NCBI GenBank assembly: GCA_002170535.1
Contig: NHDW01000004.1
Coordinates: 250,190-314,189 of the forward strand
DNA length: 64,000 bases
Direction of reading: 5' to 3'
Source of the DNA: Methylococcaceae bacterium TMED69
GTDB taxonomy: Bacteria > Pseudomonadota > Gammaproteobacteria > Ga0077536
Position numbers and translations under genes: made by a program. The notes under the pieces were generated by a model, which did not search any database, was not told the DNA's origin, and worked only from the letters and a program-made list of their open reading frames with translations. Shown piece by piece: positions 39,617-50,244 of this stretch. The number at the start of each line of letters is the position of its first letter. Position 1 is the first letter of the stretch.

Positions 39617-41299
39617 TTGAGAGGATTCAAAGTTAATTTTCGAATATTGATTGCCCAATTTTGCTGTATTTTGTTTGGCTTAGTGCTGGTATTGAGGATG
39701 ATACAGATCAATTTCAATCAAAGTGATTTTCTTGTTGAAAAGGGAATTAATCAATATGGACAATTAAAAACGATTCCGACAAAAAGAGGGAAAATTTATG
39801 ATCGAAATGGCGAATTGCTAGCAATCAGTGCTGAAGCTTATTCTGTCTTTGTCAGGCCATCAGTTTTTAAAAAGAATCCTCATAATTGGAATCGGTTAGA
39901 AAGTTATCTTGGTCAAACAGCTGGCTACATCGAAAAAAGAATTAACAATACTCAATCAGATAAATTTACTTATTTGCAACCTAGGCTTCTCGCCCCACAG
40001 ACCATGCAACAGATTATGGATCTAGAATTAAAGGGTTTAGGAAAAGAACTAAGGTATCAGAGGTTTTATCCTCAAAGGGAAGCACTTGCACACCTTATAG
40101 GTTATACCAACGATGAGCACGTTGGCCAGGAAGGGATTGAATTAATTTTTGATGATTATCTTTCGGGTAAAAATGGAAAGAAAAAAGTTTTCCTTGATGC
40201 TAAAGGAAGAGAGATTGCTTCTTCTGATATGATTGTCCCAATGGTTCCGGGAAAAGATTTATTTCTGACCGTTGATCATAGGGCGCAATTTTATAGCAAT
40301 GAAATTCTAATCGAATCGCTTAAGTTTCATGAGGCGGATTCCGGATCGATAATGATCATAGACTCGGGTACGGGTGAAATTATTGCAATGGTGAACGCAC
40401 CAACTTTTAATCCTAATTCTCGCGCTACCTTCGAAGCATACCGAGTTAGAAACCGTGCGGTCACTGATTCCTATGAGCCAGGATCGACCCTTAAACCTTT
40501 TGTGATTGCTGCTGCACTAGAAAATAGAGTGCTAAATCCACTATCAAAAATTAATACCTCACCGGGATTATTGACGATTGGAAATTGGAAGATTGGTGAT
40601 GGAAGGGATCATGGGATAATCACAGTCGAACAGATTCTAGAAAAATCAAGTAACGTAGGCGTAGCAAAAATTTCTGATAGGTTAACTGGCGATGGTGTTT
40701 TAGGTATTTTAGGTCGATTTGGATTCGGTGAATATACTGGTGCTATGTTGCCTGGGGAGTCAACAGGTCACTTTCCAGAACAAAGGCGAATGAATTTTCT
40801 AAAAAAACGATCCTTGTCCTTTGGTTATGGCATTTCAGTAACAACCGCTCAACTAGCAAGAGCATATTCGGTCTTCGCTAATCATGGATATCTTAAAGAT
40901 TTAAAAATAACAAAGGATCTAATTAGTCGAGAGGCTGCTCAGATAGTGTCACGAAAGACATCTAATCAGATTTTGAATATGTTGAAAAAAGCTGTCCTGC
41001 AAGGAACTGGGAAATTGGCTCGGATTGATAGTTTTGATGTTTCAGGTAAAACGGGCACTGTAAGAAAAGCAAAGGCTGATGGATATTCTAATGAGGAACA
41101 CACTGTTTTCTTTGCGGGTATTCTCCCAACAAAAACGACTAACTATGTTTGTGTTGTAGTTATTGATAACCCAAGAGTGAATGGTTCGACGGGAGGCAAT
41201 GTTGCTGCTCCTATCTTTTCTAAACTAATGAGAGAATTAATACGAACGTTTGCTCTAGAACCCCCCTACAATAGTAGTAACCTACAGGGGGAAATTTAA
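39617..41299 (+). CDS. ftsI: Peptidoglycan D,D-transpeptidase FtsI (PBP3)
   Basis: Transpeptidase motifs STLKP (SxxK), the SSN region, and KTGT (GKTGTVRKA). N-terminal TM anchor. Confidence 0.95.
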   Translation: MRGFKVNFRILIAQFCCILFGLVLVLRMIQINFNQSDFLVEKGINQYGQLKTIPTKRGKIYDRNGELLAISAEAYSVFVRPSVFKKNPHNWNRLESYLGQTAGYIEKRINNTQSDKFTYLQPRLLAPQTMQQIMDLELKGLGKELRYQRFYPQREALAHLIGYTNDEHVGQEGIELIFDDYLSGKNGKKKVFLDAKGREIASSDMIVPMVPGKDLFLTVDHRAQFYSNEILIESLKFHEADSGSIMIIDSGTGEIIAMVNAPTFNPNSRATFEAYRVRNRAVTDSYEPGSTLKPFVIAAALENRVLNPLSKINTSPGLLTIGNWKIGDGRDHGIITVEQILEKSSNVGVAKISDRLTGDGVLGILGRFGFGEYTGAMLPGESTGHFPEQRRMNFLKKRSLSFGYGISVTTAQLARAYSVFANHGYLKDLKITKDLISREAAQIVSRKTSNQILNMLKKAVLQGTGKLARIDSFDVSGKTGTVRKAKADGYSNEEHTVFFAGILPTKTTNYVCVVVIDNPRVNGSTGGNVAAPIFSKLMRELIRTFALEPPYNSSNLQGEI

Positions 41300-42838
41300 T
41301 TGGTGGCCATTAAAAATACTAGTAAAAAATTCAAAACTAAATTTCTTGACCAAATTTTAGAAGATATTGCCACTGTTCCTCCTTCAATGAATAAAGAAAT
41401 ATTTGAAATAGCTCTTGACAGTCGAAAGGTGGTTTTAAATAGTTGTTTTTTTTCAATAAAAGGAAGGAAAGAAAATGGGCTAGATTATATTCAACATGCT
41501 TTATCTAAAGGTGCCGTTGCTGTAGTTGCTGATGATAAAAAAGCAAAAGACCAATGCGCCCGAGGAGGAGTTCCTTTGTTTGTAATTCCTGAATTGAAGA
41601 AACATTTGGGAACTATTGCAAGAAGATTCTACGATGATCCATCTAGCGAAATGAAAGTTATTGGGGTAACTGGTACAAATGGAAAAACAACTATTGCGTA
41701 TTTACTAAAAGAGGCTTTGCAATATCTGAAAAAGCGCTGCCTCTATGTAGGCACTTTAGGGGCTGGTTCGTTAGAGTATAAGAATTTTTTGCAACTTAAT
41801 AATACTACCCCGGATATTTTTACACTTAATAATCTGTTTCGGACTCATTCGCAGAACGGTGTTACTTATTGTGCACTTGAGGCTTCTTCTATAGGTCTAG
41901 ATCAGGATAGATTGCAGAATTTAAGTCTAGATATAGGAATTTTTTCAAACATAACACAGGATCACCTTGACTATCATAACGATTTTGAAACGTACAAAAA
42001 TGCTAAAGCCAAATTGTTCAAGATTAAAAATTTGAAATATGCAATCATTAATATTGATGATGAATTCGGCAGCTTACTCGCCAATTCGCTTAGTAAAAGC
42101 ATAAACCTTTTTAAAATCTCTTTAAACCAGAGCATGCTTAAATCTGACAAAGCGATTTTAGGTGCTAGACATCTTAGTTTCGATAAGGCCGGATGTGCTT
42201 TTGATCTAGTATATGGAGCTCAAACGCATTCCGTTAAATCACGTTTGATTGGTAGGTACAATATTTTAAATCTGCTTGCGGTAGCAGCAGTTCTAATTTC
42301 TCAAGATGTACCTCTGGATGAGGTAGCTGTCATTTTATCTTCAATAGGAGATGTTCCTGGAAGAATGGAGCGCTGTGGTAGAAACTTTAAAGGTTGTCCA
42401 ATTTATATTGATTATGCTCATACACCAGATGCTTTAGAGAATGCTCTCGTTTCGTTGAGGCAAATCTACCCAAGTTCGGCAAACAAATTAATTTTAGTTT
42501 TTGGTTGCGGTGGTGACCGAGATAAGAATAAAAGGCCTTTTATGGGTGCAATTGCGGAAAAATATGCCGATTCAGTGATGTTAACATCTGATAATTCTCG
42601 AAATGAAAGTTCATTGAATATTATTGAAGACATTCTCAAAGGAATTAAAGATAAATCGCAAATTATGATAAATACAGATAGAGAGCTGGCAATTAATCTT
42701 TCAATACAAAGTGCAAAAGAAAATGATGTAATTTTGATAGCCGGTAAGGGTCACGAGGAGTATCAAGAAATATTCTCCAAAAAACAGTTCTTTTCCGATA
42801 GGTTAATCATAAAAAAATTACTGGGAGAAGAACTATGA
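41300..42838 (+). CDS. murE: UDP-N-acetylmuramoyl-L-alanyl-D-glutamate--2,6-diaminopimelate ligase (TTG start)
   Basis: Mur ligase P-loop GVTGTNGKTT, the DNSR motif (LTSDNSRNE, DAP specificity) and GKGHEEYQ. Confidence 0.95.
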   Translation: MVAIKNTSKKFKTKFLDQILEDIATVPPSMNKEIFEIALDSRKVVLNSCFFSIKGRKENGLDYIQHALSKGAVAVVADDKKAKDQCARGGVPLFVIPELKKHLGTIARRFYDDPSSEMKVIGVTGTNGKTTIAYLLKEALQYLKKRCLYVGTLGAGSLEYKNFLQLNNTTPDIFTLNNLFRTHSQNGVTYCALEASSIGLDQDRLQNLSLDIGIFSNITQDHLDYHNDFETYKNAKAKLFKIKNLKYAIINIDDEFGSLLANSLSKSINLFKISLNQSMLKSDKAILGARHLSFDKAGCAFDLVYGAQTHSVKSRLIGRYNILNLLAVAAVLISQDVPLDEVAVILSSIGDVPGRMERCGRNFKGCPIYIDYAHTPDALENALVSLRQIYPSSANKLILVFGCGGDRDKNKRPFMGAIAEKYADSVMLTSDNSRNESSLNIIEDILKGIKDKSQIMINTDRELAINLSIQSAKENDVILIAGKGHEEYQEIFSKKQFFSDRLIIKKLLGEEL

Positions 42839-44187
42839 TTCAAATGAGGGTAGCTGATTTACCAAATATTTTGAATATAAAAAAAATCAACTCTGAACAG
42901 ATTTTCAAAGGGGTTTCAATAAATAGTCGAAATACAGTGCCAGACAATTTATTTGTTGCGATAAAAGGAAAAAGATATGACGGACATGATTACGTCAAGG
43001 AAGCGATAGATAAAGGGGCAATTGCTGCTGTAGTAGAAAGATTTAATCCTAGACTCAGTGGAATTCAACTTGTCGTTGCTGATACTATGAAAGCTCTAGG
43101 TGCTCTAGCCAGTAACTGGAGAACTAAATTTCAAGTACCTGTTATTGCAATTACAGGCTCTGTTGGGAAAACAACCGTAAAAGAAATGATCGGCTCTATT
43201 TTGAGTCAGTTAGGATCGTGCCTAACAAGTCATGGAAATATGAATAATGAGATAGGCCTCCCGTTAACCCTATTCAGCATCGAAAATGAAACCAAATTTG
43301 TTGTGGTAGAAATGGGCGCAGCAAAAAATGGCGATATAGATTATCTAGCGAAAATTGCTAAACCTAGTATTGGGATAATTACGTGTTGTGCACCTGCGCA
43401 CCTAGAAAATCTTGAATCATTGGAAAATATTGCGATAACGAAAGGAGCTTTGGTTAGTAACCTGCCGCCTAATGGAACTGCTGTGTTAAACAGAGAAGAT
43501 AGATTCTTTGATTACTGGAAAAAAACAAATTCATCTTCAAATTTAGTTTCGTTTGGAAAGGGCGGTGATTGCTTTTCTAGTCAAGAGTTGCTTGAAGCTG
43601 ATTCCTCTTTGTTTCAACTTAATTTCAGATCTTTTGTAGGCAAGTTGGAAATTGAACAAGTTGGCCAGCACAATATAAAAAATGCTTTGGCGGCCGCAGC
43701 TGCCTCATTTGTCTTAAAGACAGATCCGCAAACGATCGCTAAGGGTTTAAAGAAGGCTCCTAGGATTCCTGGAAGATTGTTTTGGGTTAGAGGAAAGAGG
43801 ATTAACATTTTAGATGACTCATACAATGCTAATCCAAGAGCCCTACGTGCTGCTATAGACACCTTGTGCTATGAAAAGGGAGAGAAGTGGATCGTGCTTG
43901 GGGATATGCTAGAGCTAGGCTCAAATGCCCAAGAATTACATAATGAGTCAATAATAAAAATAAATAAATCCGGAATCAGCAGACTATTCTGCCTCGGCTC
44001 TTTTTTTGGTAAAGCAAGCCGGTACTTTGAGAGGCAATCCGAAAATTTTACCGACGTTGATAATTTAATTTTGCGACTCAGGGACTTAATCTGTACATCA
44101 GAAAAAAAAGTTTCAGTTTTAATTAAAGGGTCTAGGGCGTTACAGCTTGATCAAGTAGTTGAAGCATTAAAAAAGGCAAATGTCTAA
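42835..44187 (+). CDS. murF: UDP-N-acetylmuramoyl-tripeptide--D-alanyl-D-alanine ligase
   Basis: Mur ligase motifs ITGSVGKTT and the C-terminal domain. Position murE-murF-mraY. Confidence 0.95.
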   Translation: MIQMRVADLPNILNIKKINSEQIFKGVSINSRNTVPDNLFVAIKGKRYDGHDYVKEAIDKGAIAAVVERFNPRLSGIQLVVADTMKALGALASNWRTKFQVPVIAITGSVGKTTVKEMIGSILSQLGSCLTSHGNMNNEIGLPLTLFSIENETKFVVVEMGAAKNGDIDYLAKIAKPSIGIITCCAPAHLENLESLENIAITKGALVSNLPPNGTAVLNREDRFFDYWKKTNSSSNLVSFGKGGDCFSSQELLEADSSLFQLNFRSFVGKLEIEQVGQHNIKNALAAAAASFVLKTDPQTIAKGLKKAPRIPGRLFWVRGKRINILDDSYNANPRALRAAIDTLCYEKGEKWIVLGDMLELGSNAQELHNESIIKINKSGISRLFCLGSFFGKASRYFERQSENFTDVDNLILRLRDLICTSEKKVSVLIKGSRALQLDQVVEALKKANV

Positions 44188-45269
44188 TGTTTTATTTCCT
44201 AGGAGATCAAATTACACAATATTACTCATCGTTCGGTTTATTTAAGTATTTGACCTTTCGAATGATAATGGCCACTCTTACGGCTTTTTCTATTTCTATT
44301 TTTTTTGGTACTAACTTTATTAAAAAGCTTAAGGATTATCAAATTAAACAAAATGTGAGGAGGGATGGCCCAGAATCGCATCTAGTTAAAGAAGGCACGC
44401 CAACAATGGGGGGCGCGTTGATTCTTTTTGCGCTAATAACGAGCACTCTTCTTTGGAGTGATCTCAGTTCAAGATTTTCGTGGATCTGTTTATTTTCCAT
44501 TGCCTTATTTGCATTAATTGGCTTTTATGATGACTTTAGTAAAATAAAAAGACGCTCGTCGGAAGGTCTTACCGCAAAACAAAAGATTTTTTTTCAATTC
44601 GTTGCGGCGTCAATAGTAGCTTTGTTAATTTATAAAACGGCGGCTACTTCTGATGAATTAATTTTTATCATTCCATTTTTTAAGGAAGTGGGTATTGATA
44701 TGGGTGTCTTCTTTGTCTTGTTTTCTTGTCTGGTGATCGTTGGTACAAGTAATGCTGTGAATTTAAGTGACGGTCTAGATGGTCTTGCTATAGTTCCAAT
44801 TATAATGATCTCAGCAGCATTTATTGGGCTGGCTTATGTTGCAGGAAATATTAACTTTTCTGAATATCTTTCTGTCCCCTACGTCCGGACGGTAGGTGAG
44901 GTATGTATATTTTGTGGAGCAATTGTTGGGGCTGGCTTGGGATTTCTCTGGTTTAACTCCTATCCAGCTGAGATTTTTATGGGAGATATTGGTTCTTTGG
45001 GCTTAGGGGCCGCATTGGGTACAGTTGCGGTCTTGGTACGACAAGAATTATTGTTATTTATTATGGGTGGTGTCTTAGTTCTAGAAACCATATCAGTTAT
45101 TTTGCAGGTTGCGAGCTTTAAGATTAGAGGGAAAAGAGTTTTTAAAATGGCTCCAATCCACCATCATTTTGAACTTAAAGGTTGGCCTGAGCCGAAAGTA
45201 ATCGTGCGGTTTTGGATAATGACGGCAATCTTAGTTCTGGTTGCTTTAGCAACACTAAAGGTGAGATGA
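44187..45269 (+). CDS. mraY: Phospho-N-acetylmuramoyl-pentapeptide transferase
   Basis: 360 aa, 10-TM. Motifs PTMGG, NAVNLSDGLDGLA and PIHHHFE. Confidence 0.95.
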   Translation: MFYFLGDQITQYYSSFGLFKYLTFRMIMATLTAFSISIFFGTNFIKKLKDYQIKQNVRRDGPESHLVKEGTPTMGGALILFALITSTLLWSDLSSRFSWICLFSIALFALIGFYDDFSKIKRRSSEGLTAKQKIFFQFVAASIVALLIYKTAATSDELIFIIPFFKEVGIDMGVFFVLFSCLVIVGTSNAVNLSDGLDGLAIVPIIMISAAFIGLAYVAGNINFSEYLSVPYVRTVGEVCIFCGAIVGAGLGFLWFNSYPAEIFMGDIGSLGLGAALGTVAVLVRQELLLFIMGGVLVLETISVILQVASFKIRGKRVFKMAPIHHHFELKGWPEPKVIVRFWIMTAILVLVALATLKVR

Positions 45270-46618
45270 AAAAAAGTATGTTTTTATCAATTGCACAAAA
45301 TGATTTTTGCGTAGTTCTAGGGTTGGGTAAGACGGGAGAATCGATTATTGAGTATTTAGATCGAAAAAAAATTAAGGTCTGCGGTATGGACTCTCGTATT
45401 TCCCCTCCATGTATAAAGAGGCTTAAAAAATCCTTTGCCGACGTATTTTATTGTTTGGGTAAAATAGACGATGATTTGTTGGAGAAGTGTAGTCTGATCA
45501 TTACGAGCCCCGGATTTGAATATGGGAATATCAAAAAAAAATATGGAGAAAAATTAATTAGTGATATTGAGCTATTTTCAAATGAGGTTAAGACACCAGT
45601 TATTGCGGTGACCGGAACAAACGGCAAATCGACTGTATCCGCTTTAATAAAATTGGTTTTGGAAAGCGCTGGCTTTAATGTGGCCTTGGGAGGGAACTTT
45701 GGGAGACCCGCCCTTGATCTACTAAAAGAAAAAACGCTGGATTATTTGATTTTGGAGCTTTCAAGTTTTCAACTCGAAAACACCTATTCACTGCAGCCTT
45801 TTATTGGGGTTATTACAAATATATCTGAAGACCACCTTGATAGACATTTATCTTTTTTTAGATACAAACAAATAAAAGAGAAATTGTTTGAATGGTCAAC
45901 TAATATCGTGGTGTGTAGAGATGAACAATGGAGTTCAAAATATTGTGAAGCTGAAACCGCAAAGACGTTTTCAATTAATAAGCCAAGTGAAATTGGCTTT
46001 GGCATTATAGAAAAATGTAATAAGAAATATTTTGGTTTTGACGAGAGGCTTTTGTTTTCCGTCGAGGATATAAAAATATTCGGAGAGCATAATTGGCTCA
46101 ATGTTTTAGCGGTTTTGGCTGCTGTATCCAATTGTACGAAACTAGATGCTTGTATGTTTGGAGAAATCAAAAAATTTAAAGGCCTTCCCCATAGATCAGA
46201 GTTTGTGTCAAAAATAAAGGGAATAACATTTATTAATGATTCGAAAGCAACGAATGTTGGCGCGGCTATTGCTGCAATGAATTCTTTTTTTTCGAACAGA
46301 AAAGGCGTCCTGATAGCAGGAGGATTATTTAAAGGTGGTAATATTTGGCAATTTGCCAAAGCAATTGAGCAATTTTGTCATTCTGTTGTTCTGATAGGAT
46401 CCTGTGCAGAAAAAATAGAATCCACTTTATCAGATAGCGTGTTCTGCAAGACTGCTTCTAGCCTCAGAGGTGCTGTTCAAGAAGCCGCGTTCCTCGCGAA
46501 GGCAGGTGATACAGTACTATTGTCTCCTGCTTCTTCTAGTCTAGATATGTTCACAAACTATGAGCAAAGAGGAGATGTCTTTAAACAGGCGGTATCTCAA
46601 TGGGGTCAGAATGGATAA
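45266..46618 (+). CDS. murD: UDP-N-acetylmuramoylalanine--D-glutamate ligase
   Basis: VVLGLGKTG N-terminus and GTNGKST P-loop. Start placed at the ATG at 45266, overlapping the mraY stop (ATGA) with AAGGTGAG RBS upstream. Confidence 0.95.
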   Translation: MKKSMFLSIAQNDFCVVLGLGKTGESIIEYLDRKKIKVCGMDSRISPPCIKRLKKSFADVFYCLGKIDDDLLEKCSLIITSPGFEYGNIKKKYGEKLISDIELFSNEVKTPVIAVTGTNGKSTVSALIKLVLESAGFNVALGGNFGRPALDLLKEKTLDYLILELSSFQLENTYSLQPFIGVITNISEDHLDRHLSFFRYKQIKEKLFEWSTNIVVCRDEQWSSKYCEAETAKTFSINKPSEIGFGIIEKCNKKYFGFDERLLFSVEDIKIFGEHNWLNVLAVLAAVSNCTKLDACMFGEIKKFKGLPHRSEFVSKIKGITFINDSKATNVGAAIAAMNSFFSNRKGVLIAGGLFKGGNIWQFAKAIEQFCHSVVLIGSCAEKIESTLSDSVFCKTASSLRGAVQEAAFLAKAGDTVLLSPASSSLDMFTNYEQRGDVFKQAVSQWGQNG

Positions 46619-47780
46619 AAATACGATATTAAATTTCTTCCATAATAAGCGAGATTTTTATTTTGATCCGTTCCTGCTAATTCCTGTTTTTTCTTTGCTA
46701 TCGGTTGGCTTTATTATGGTGCTTTCAACCACACTACCATTAGGTGATTACTATGGGCGAGATCCGTTCAATTATTTCCGAAGACAGATTTTAACTGTTA
46801 TATTTTCTACTTGCTTTTTTATTCCTCTCTGTTTCATTTCCATAAAAAGAATTCAAGAATTTAGCACTACGATTCTTTTTGTGAATTTATTTCTTTTGGC
46901 ATTGGTTCTAGTTCCCGGTGTTGGCCATACCGTTAATGGTGCTACTCGCTGGATTAATATTTTTGGTTTTTATTTTCAGCCTTCAGAGTGGGTTAAGCTC
47001 ACGATTGTGGTGTATGTAGCTAGTTATATAATGAGGCACGAAGAGAGAGTAGCGACTAGTCTAAATGGTTTTTTAAGGCCTTTTTTTATCATAATAGTAG
47101 CGTCTTTTTTACTGCTCCTAGAGCCTGACTTTGGCAGCTCAGTGGTATTGACGATGACAGCCTTAGGAATGTTATTTTTTGCCCGTGTTTCCTTTTTTCG
47201 ACTTCTTAGTTGGTGTTTACTTTCTGTAAGTGTCTTATTGTTTCTTGCGTTTGCAGAACCTTATCGTTTGGAGAGATTGCTTAGTTTTTTAGATCCATGG
47301 TCCGATCCTCTTGATTCAGGATGGCAATTAACCCAAGCACTTATTGCATTTGCAAATGGTGGTTGGTTTGGTGTTGGATTGGGAAACAGCATGCAAAAAT
47401 TCTTTTATTTACCGGAAGTACACACTGATTTTGTATTCGCGGTTTTGGGTGAAGAGTTAGGGATAGTTGGTGGTTCGTCTCTGATTATATTATTTCTAGT
47501 ATTAATAACTCGGCTCTTTTATCTAGGTGGTAAGGCTATAGAAATTGGCGAAAAATTCTTAGGGTATGTTGTAAATGGCATAGGAGTAAGTATCGCAAGC
47601 CAGTGTTTTTTAAATATTGCGGTCAACCTTGGGCTTTTACCAACGAAAGGTTTGCCACTTCCCTTCGTAAGTTATGGCAATAACAATCTAATGGTTTGCT
47701 GTATCTCTGTGGGGATCGCATTGATAGTTGGATCTGAAGTGAATAGGATTTTGAAAAGGGGTAATAGTGAAAGCTGGTGA
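46611..47780 (+). CDS. ftsW: Peptidoglycan glycosyltransferase / lipid II flippase FtsW
   Basis: SEDS family motifs (RWINIFGFYFQPSE, PEVHTDFVFAVLGEELG, LPTKGLPLPFVSYG). The ATG at 46611 overlaps the murD stop. A longer in-frame ORF starts at 46560. Confidence 0.9.
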   Translation: MDKNTILNFFHNKRDFYFDPFLLIPVFSLLSVGFIMVLSTTLPLGDYYGRDPFNYFRRQILTVIFSTCFFIPLCFISIKRIQEFSTTILFVNLFLLALVLVPGVGHTVNGATRWINIFGFYFQPSEWVKLTIVVYVASYIMRHEERVATSLNGFLRPFFIIIVASFLLLLEPDFGSSVVLTMTALGMLFFARVSFFRLLSWCLLSVSVLLFLAFAEPYRLERLLSFLDPWSDPLDSGWQLTQALIAFANGGWFGVGLGNSMQKFFYLPEVHTDFVFAVLGEELGIVGGSSLIILFLVLITRLFYLGGKAIEIGEKFLGYVVNGIGVSIASQCFLNIAVNLGLLPTKGLPLPFVSYGNNNLMVCCISVGIALIVGSEVNRILKRGNSESW

Positions 47781-48849
47781 TTCGATTTTTATCGCGGCTG
47801 GAGGCACCGGTGGGCACACTTATCCCGCTCTAGCTATAAGCGAGGAATTTCAGAAAGAAGGAATAAATATTTATTGGATTGGGTCACTACATGGGATGGA
47901 AAAAAAAATAGTGGGTGATAAAAATATAAAATTTTTAGGTATACCAGTTTCTGGATACAGGAGCAAAAGCAAGCTAAAAACAATTTATAGTATTCTTTTG
48001 GCGATTGTCTCGACCTTTTTCTCGTTGTTTTTGATATTTAAGATTAGACCAAAATTGGTATTAGGAATGGGCGGTTATGTCAGTGGGCCCATAGGTTTAG
48101 CAGCCATTTTAGCCCGTACTAAATTGGCAATCCATGAACAAAATGCTGTTCCTGGATTGACTAATAAAATTTTATGTAAATTTGCTAACAGAGTTTTTGA
48201 AGGTTTTCCCGATACATTTGAATCCACTGAAGCAATTTACTCTGGAAGCCCTGTTAGAAAACAGATTTGGTTAGCAAATAAAAATACCGAAAAAAAACCT
48301 GAAAGACTAAATCGTATCTTGATTTTAGGTGGAAGTACGGGGGCTAGGTTTTTAAATAATTTTATGCCAAGAGTAATACAAAAACTCTGTAGTGAAGATA
48401 AAATTAAAGTATTACATCAGACAGGTAAAAATGATCTTTCAGTTACTAAAGATTTATATAAAACACTTAATCTAGAGGATTGTGTGACAGTTGTTCCATA
48501 TATTGAGGCTATGGATGAAGCCTATAAGAATCACGATTTAATGTTATCAAGAGCAGGTGCTTCGACAATTTCCGAAATTTTAGCTGTTGGGATAAATTCG
48601 ATTTTAATTCCTTTTCCTTTCGCTGTCGATTCACACCAAGAAGTTAATGCGAGATTTTTGGCGGATAAAGGTGCTTGCCATTTGATCCTTGAAAAGGACT
48701 GTCAGCTGGACAGTTTTGTGGAGCTGATTCAACGAGTCGGATTTAAAGAGCATATAAGGCAAAGAATCATTTTGACGACTTCCCTAATGGCAAAACCTGA
48801 CTCGGCATCAATAATAATGAATTCATGCATGGAGCTTTTTAATGCTTAA
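47767..48849 (+). CDS. murG: UDP-GlcNAc:undecaprenyl-PP-MurNAc-pentapeptide GlcNAc transferase (GTG start)
   Basis: IAAGGTGGHTYPALAI N-terminal motif and GT28 C-terminal domain. Confidence 0.95.
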   Translation: MKAGDSIFIAAGGTGGHTYPALAISEEFQKEGINIYWIGSLHGMEKKIVGDKNIKFLGIPVSGYRSKSKLKTIYSILLAIVSTFFSLFLIFKIRPKLVLGMGGYVSGPIGLAAILARTKLAIHEQNAVPGLTNKILCKFANRVFEGFPDTFESTEAIYSGSPVRKQIWLANKNTEKKPERLNRILILGGSTGARFLNNFMPRVIQKLCSEDKIKVLHQTGKNDLSVTKDLYKTLNLEDCVTVVPYIEAMDEAYKNHDLMLSRAGASTISEILAVGINSILIPFPFAVDSHQEVNARFLADKGACHLILEKDCQLDSFVELIQRVGFKEHIRQRIILTTSLMAKPDSASIIMNSCMELFNA

Positions 48850-50236
48850 AGAAGAAAATTATCTTTTAAAGAGAATTAAAAGTTTCCATTGTATTGGAAT
48901 TGGTGGAACAGGGTTAAGTGGTATTTCGGAGGTTTTAAAATCTTTGGGTTACAATGTTACTGGCTCGGATATACGAAGGACTAAGGTAACTGATCGTTTA
49001 ATTTGTAAAGGTATTAAAGTTTATATCGGTCATGCGGCTTCCAATTTGGAAAATGTCGATGCAGTAATCTATTCAAGTGCAATCGGAGCAGATAACGTTG
49101 AATTAAAATCTGCCAAGAAATCGAGAATTCCAACTATTCCAAGAGCTCAGATGTTAGCAGAGCTAATGCGATTTAATCATGGTATAGCCATAGCTGGCAC
49201 ACATGGAAAAACGACCACCACAAGCTTAATTTCCAGTATTTTGGCTGATAGTGGAAAGGATCCTACGTTCATAGTCGGTGGAATAATTAAAGGAGTTGAT
49301 GCGAATGCGAGATTGGGCAGAGGCGAGTACCTTGTTGTAGAGGCGGATGAGAGTGACGGCTCTTTTTTGAGATTATCTCCTTTAATGGCGGTTTTAACAA
49401 ACGTTGATCGAGATCATTTGGAAAATTTTGATGGCGATTTTGCTGCTCTTCACAACTGTTTTAAAGAATTTTTGCTAAGATTGCCTTTTTACGGAATTGC
49501 TTTTATATGTTTCGATGATCCAAATGCGATTTCTATAGCTCGAGAATTGAATGCTAACGTCATTACTTATGGTATGAATCCAGGTGCCGATTATGTTGCA
49601 ACAGATCTTGAGCATCGGGACGGTTTTGAGATTTTTAATCTGAAATTTGATAATCAGTGTCATAAAATGAGACTTAATCTATCCGGTATTCATAATGTTC
49701 AAAATGCCTTGGCGGCCATAGCAGTAGCTAAAGAGCTGGAGGTTTCAATTGAAGATATAAAACAAAGTCTCGAGAAATTTAAAGGAATAGACCGCCGATG
49801 CCAGGTCTACGAGAATCAAATTATAGAACAAAAGACCTGTACATTTATCGATGATTATGGTCACCACCCTGAAGAAGTAAAAATGGTCATATCTACGATT
49901 CGGAGGAGGTGGCCAGAGTTACGGCTGGTCGTAGTCTTTCAGCCTCATCGCTATACCAGGACAAATGATCTTTTCGAGGACTTTGTTGAGGTTTTAAGCG
50001 ATGTTGATTATTTAATTTTGTTGGAGGTTTATGCTGCTGGTGAAAAATTTATAAAGGGCGCTGATAGTCGAAGTTTAGCAAAAGCAATTAGAAATAGGGG
50101 TAAGGTCGATCCAGTCTTTGCGCCTCATATTGGTTCAGTACCGGATGTGTTAAAGGATGTTGTTCAGGAAGGTGATCTAATAGCATTTCTTGGTGCTGGG
50201 GATGTGGGTAAATTAGTAGAAAATTTGGGTCATTAA
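48842..50236 (+). CDS. murC: UDP-N-acetylmuramate--L-alanine ligase
   Basis: HCIGIGGTGLSGISEVL N-terminus and GTHGKTTTTSL P-loop. Confidence 0.95.
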   Translation: MLKEENYLLKRIKSFHCIGIGGTGLSGISEVLKSLGYNVTGSDIRRTKVTDRLICKGIKVYIGHAASNLENVDAVIYSSAIGADNVELKSAKKSRIPTIPRAQMLAELMRFNHGIAIAGTHGKTTTTSLISSILADSGKDPTFIVGGIIKGVDANARLGRGEYLVVEADESDGSFLRLSPLMAVLTNVDRDHLENFDGDFAALHNCFKEFLLRLPFYGIAFICFDDPNAISIARELNANVITYGMNPGADYVATDLEHRDGFEIFNLKFDNQCHKMRLNLSGIHNVQNALAAIAVAKELEVSIEDIKQSLEKFKGIDRRCQVYENQIIEQKTCTFIDDYGHHPEEVKMVISTIRRRWPELRLVVVFQPHRYTRTNDLFEDFVEVLSDVDYLILLEVYAAGEKFIKGADSRSLAKAIRNRGKVDPVFAPHIGSVPDVLKDVVQEGDLIAFLGAGDVGKLVENLGH

Positions 50237-50244
50237 TAGAGGGT

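Noticed and set aside
45784-46359. 191-aa antisense ORF inside murD
   Set aside because: Fully embedded in murD on the opposite strand with no RBS and a low-complexity product. An open frame this long is unusual for an AT-rich genome, but it is still most likely a chance ORF created by codon-usage constraints of murD.
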